A stretch of DNA of 64,000 nt from Tubulanus polymorphus (lineage: Eukaryota > Animalia > Nemertea). This document shows positions 63,101 through 64,000 of this stretch, piece after piece. Each line of letters opens with the position of its first letter. The stretch's first letter is position 1. The position numbers and the translations under genes were made by a program. Where the stretch lies: assembly GCF_964204645.1 (NCBI RefSeq), contig NC_134029.1:24112950-24176949 (forward strand), written 5' to 3'. The notes below the pieces were generated by a model that ran no database searches, was not told the origin of the DNA, and saw only the letters and a list, made by a program, of their open reading frames with translations.

Positions 63101-63939
63101 CTATTTTGCATCACTTGTTTTGGAACGGCATATGACTTTTGAACAAAGTGACTCTGCATCCTTTTTTTTCGCCGGATAGTACCATATTGTAGCATCGTCC
63201 TTTGTTTTCAGTCGGTACATGGCTTCAATTCGCATAACTACGTCTTTCAACACGCTCAAATCTACGCGGAAAAATCCGCTGAACGGCGAATCAAAGTCGG
63301 ACACAACGTAACAGAGTAGTGAGATACTGAACACAGTGATGACGCACATCACCAGTTCTAGAATGTATGATTTTGTGGTCAGCAACAAAACTCCGAAAAA
63401 ACTGAAGAAGCCAAGAGTTTCCAGAAACATCCACCTATGAAAAGAGATCAGAGGTAAACATTGCATAAGACCGTAGAGTCAAATTTTTGGGGAAGGGTGG
63501 CATTGTCCCAAGAAATTGAGTTAGCCCCAGGGGCTGGTTTTATAGACCAGTATCAACCTAAGGGAAGGTTAGTGTGGTACAGTTTGGCTCAGGTTACTAC
63601 CAGTCTGTAAAACCATAGAGCTGGTTCTTGGAGTTTCCAGTTAGAATTTGACTGTACATGTAAAAAATACATTAGGAATTGATATATCAAACTCAAGACT
63701 TAAAATTAACCGTAGATTACAGTTGAGCCGGGTCCTGAACTGAGAACTGGAACTCAGTACGTACTTTAATGGGTGGATTCTGGTATGCCAGGCTCCCATT
63801 CTATCTGAACAAATGCTGTTCAACTCCATGATGTGTTCAATGATTTCTTCAACAAGAACCCTATTAACGACTCCATCGAACTCATCAACCGCACGGGGCG
63901 TCAACTTCTTTAGATCATCCAAAATCGTCCAGATTTGTA
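63101..63939 (-). CDS. 3' end of a DUF4239-like (bestrophin-like) membrane protein; partial, continues beyond the window
   Basis: Exons 63939-63765 and 63434-63101 join in frame (HPLK|WMFLE). Two hydrophobic helices followed by SDFDSPFSGFFRV, resembling the D-L-D-x-P-F-x-G motif of DUF4239. The family call is from memory. Confidence 0.65.
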
Positions 63940-64000
63940 CTGAAAATACACAGTTTCAATAAGATCATAATATGTGCGTGGAATTACCATTCTGAACATA

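Overview
AT-rich eukaryotic (animal, most likely a marine invertebrate such as a lophotrochozoan; inferred from gene content, not proven) genomic DNA with GT-AG introns. Most ORFs in the supplied track are spurious or exon fragments. Nine protein-coding genes can be reconstructed. In order: an anion-selective Cys-loop receptor (+), mitochondrial CysRS CARS2 (-), EDC3 (+), ABHD17 (-), a C9orf85 homolog (+), TIMM44 (-), a 13-exon catalase-like/allene-oxide-synthase + PLAT + lipoxygenase fusion (+), single-exon MPEG1/perforin-2 (-), and the 3' end of a DUF4239-like membrane protein (-). Introns and the 42-52 kb interval are full of MITEs and minisatellites. Main observations: (1) the AOS-like domain of the fusion keeps an intact reading frame but appears to have lost every canonical heme ligand, and its LOX domain has unusual active-site substitutions; (2) ABHD17 and C9orf85 are head-to-head as in human; (3) a gene-free 10 kb interval holds a ~0.9 kb inverted duplication between two promoter-like ends, one followed by a stem-rich region. 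All alignments were done by eye against remembered reference sequences; no searches were run.
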